From Setoptus koraiensis (lineage: Eukaryota; Animalia; Arthropoda): a DNA stretch of 64,000 bases. The notes below the pieces were generated by a model that worked only from the letters and a program-made list of their open reading frames with translations, searched no databases and was not told the origin of the DNA. Position numbers and translations under genes: made by a program. This document shows, piece after piece, positions 63,401-64,000 of the stretch. Position 1 is the first letter of the stretch, and each line of letters begins with the position of its first letter. Location: NCBI GenBank assembly GCA_048013815.1, contig CM106585.1:23560001-23624000 (forward strand), given 5' to 3'.

Positions 63401-64000
63401 TTAATGATTGAAATTATGGATGATGTGGGGGAGTTCTTCGAAATCTGGAACAACAACACCAGAATGTTTAATTATCTCTCGAGCTGCATAGCAACCGACT
63501 TCAATACATAGACTTAACGGAGCTAGTTGAGCGTACTGAGACAGAAATCCACCTACAAATGCATCGCCTGCCCCATTACTATCTACTATGTCTTCTTCTT
63601 TGACCGGTTGACAGATGAATTCTTCAACTACCATCGTACCATTGAGCCTGTAGGCCACTATGATTGGATCTTGACCCCGCGTTATGACTACAATTCTCTC
63701 TTTTGAAGCCTTCATTTTCGGTTCGCACGATATCATACTAGCGATCCCCTTGAGTCCAATACTAATAGGCCATTTTCTTAATTTAGCGTAAGCCTCCGCT
63801 TCGGAATCATTACCAAAAACAATATCCACATAGGGCATCACTTGCAAGAGTCGTTCACCATATATTTCGCTGATATATGGCGCACTCAAATTAAGACAAA
63901 ATGTTTTATCAGCTCTATTCACAACATGCCTACCTAGTAACATAAAAGTGTCTACTGAAGTTGTTAGTAAGAAACCTGAGATGTATATTATGTTGCAATC
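63401..64000 (-). CDS. ADK: Adenosine kinase (PfkB family), 5' partial
   Basis: The frame is open from the window end: DCNIIYISGFLLT..TFCLNLSAPYI..VMPYVDIVFGNDSEA..RIVVITRG..IVDSNGAGDAFVGGFL. The PfkB anion-hole motif and catalytic Asp are present. Confidence 0.95.
   Translation of the reverse strand, partial: DCNIIYISGFLLTTSVDTFMLLGRHVVNRADKTFCLNLSAPYISEIYGERLLQVMPYVDIVFGNDSEAEAYAKLRKWPISIGLKGIASMISCEPKMKASKERIVVITRGQDPIIVAYRLNGTMVVEEFICQPVKEEDIVDSNGAGDAFVGGFLSQYAQLAPLSLCIEVGCYAAREIIKHSGVVVPDFEELPHIIHNFNH

Overview
Eukaryotic, AT-rich, microsatellite-rich animal DNA. The gene set (nuclear receptor E78, a beaten-path Ig protein, a cuticle-like protein, an OBP-like protein) is arthropod. UBE2A/Rad6, NIF3L1 and ataxin-2 have intronless CDSs, which suggests a streamlined mite genome of the eriophyoid type (inference only). 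Genes in order: (1) a secreted Met/Asn/Gln/Gly-rich protein running off the left edge, missed by the ORF track; (2) an orphan 399-aa multi-pass membrane ORF; (3) a 3-exon secreted 6-Cys His-rich OBP-like/microplusin-like protein; (4) a 7-exon beat-family GPI-type protein with an apparent third Ig domain and very large loop insertions; (5) a 2-exon cuticle-like protein; (6) a disrupted SIRT1 fragment; (7) a single ORF joining two C2H2 zinc fingers to a complete NIF3L1; (8) UBE2A/Rad6; (9) a 291-bp Tc1/mariner-type MITE; (10) ataxin-2; (11) E78 with an ~800-aa hinge; (12) a decayed Tc1 transposase; (13) 6.6 kb of T-rich, probably artefactual sequence next to a 500-N gap; (14) the 3' part of adenosine kinase. 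The best novelty candidates are the ZnF-NIF3L1 fusion, the 3-Ig beat with split domains, the Met-rich secreted protein and the giant-hinge E78. All family calls were made by eye, with no database searches.
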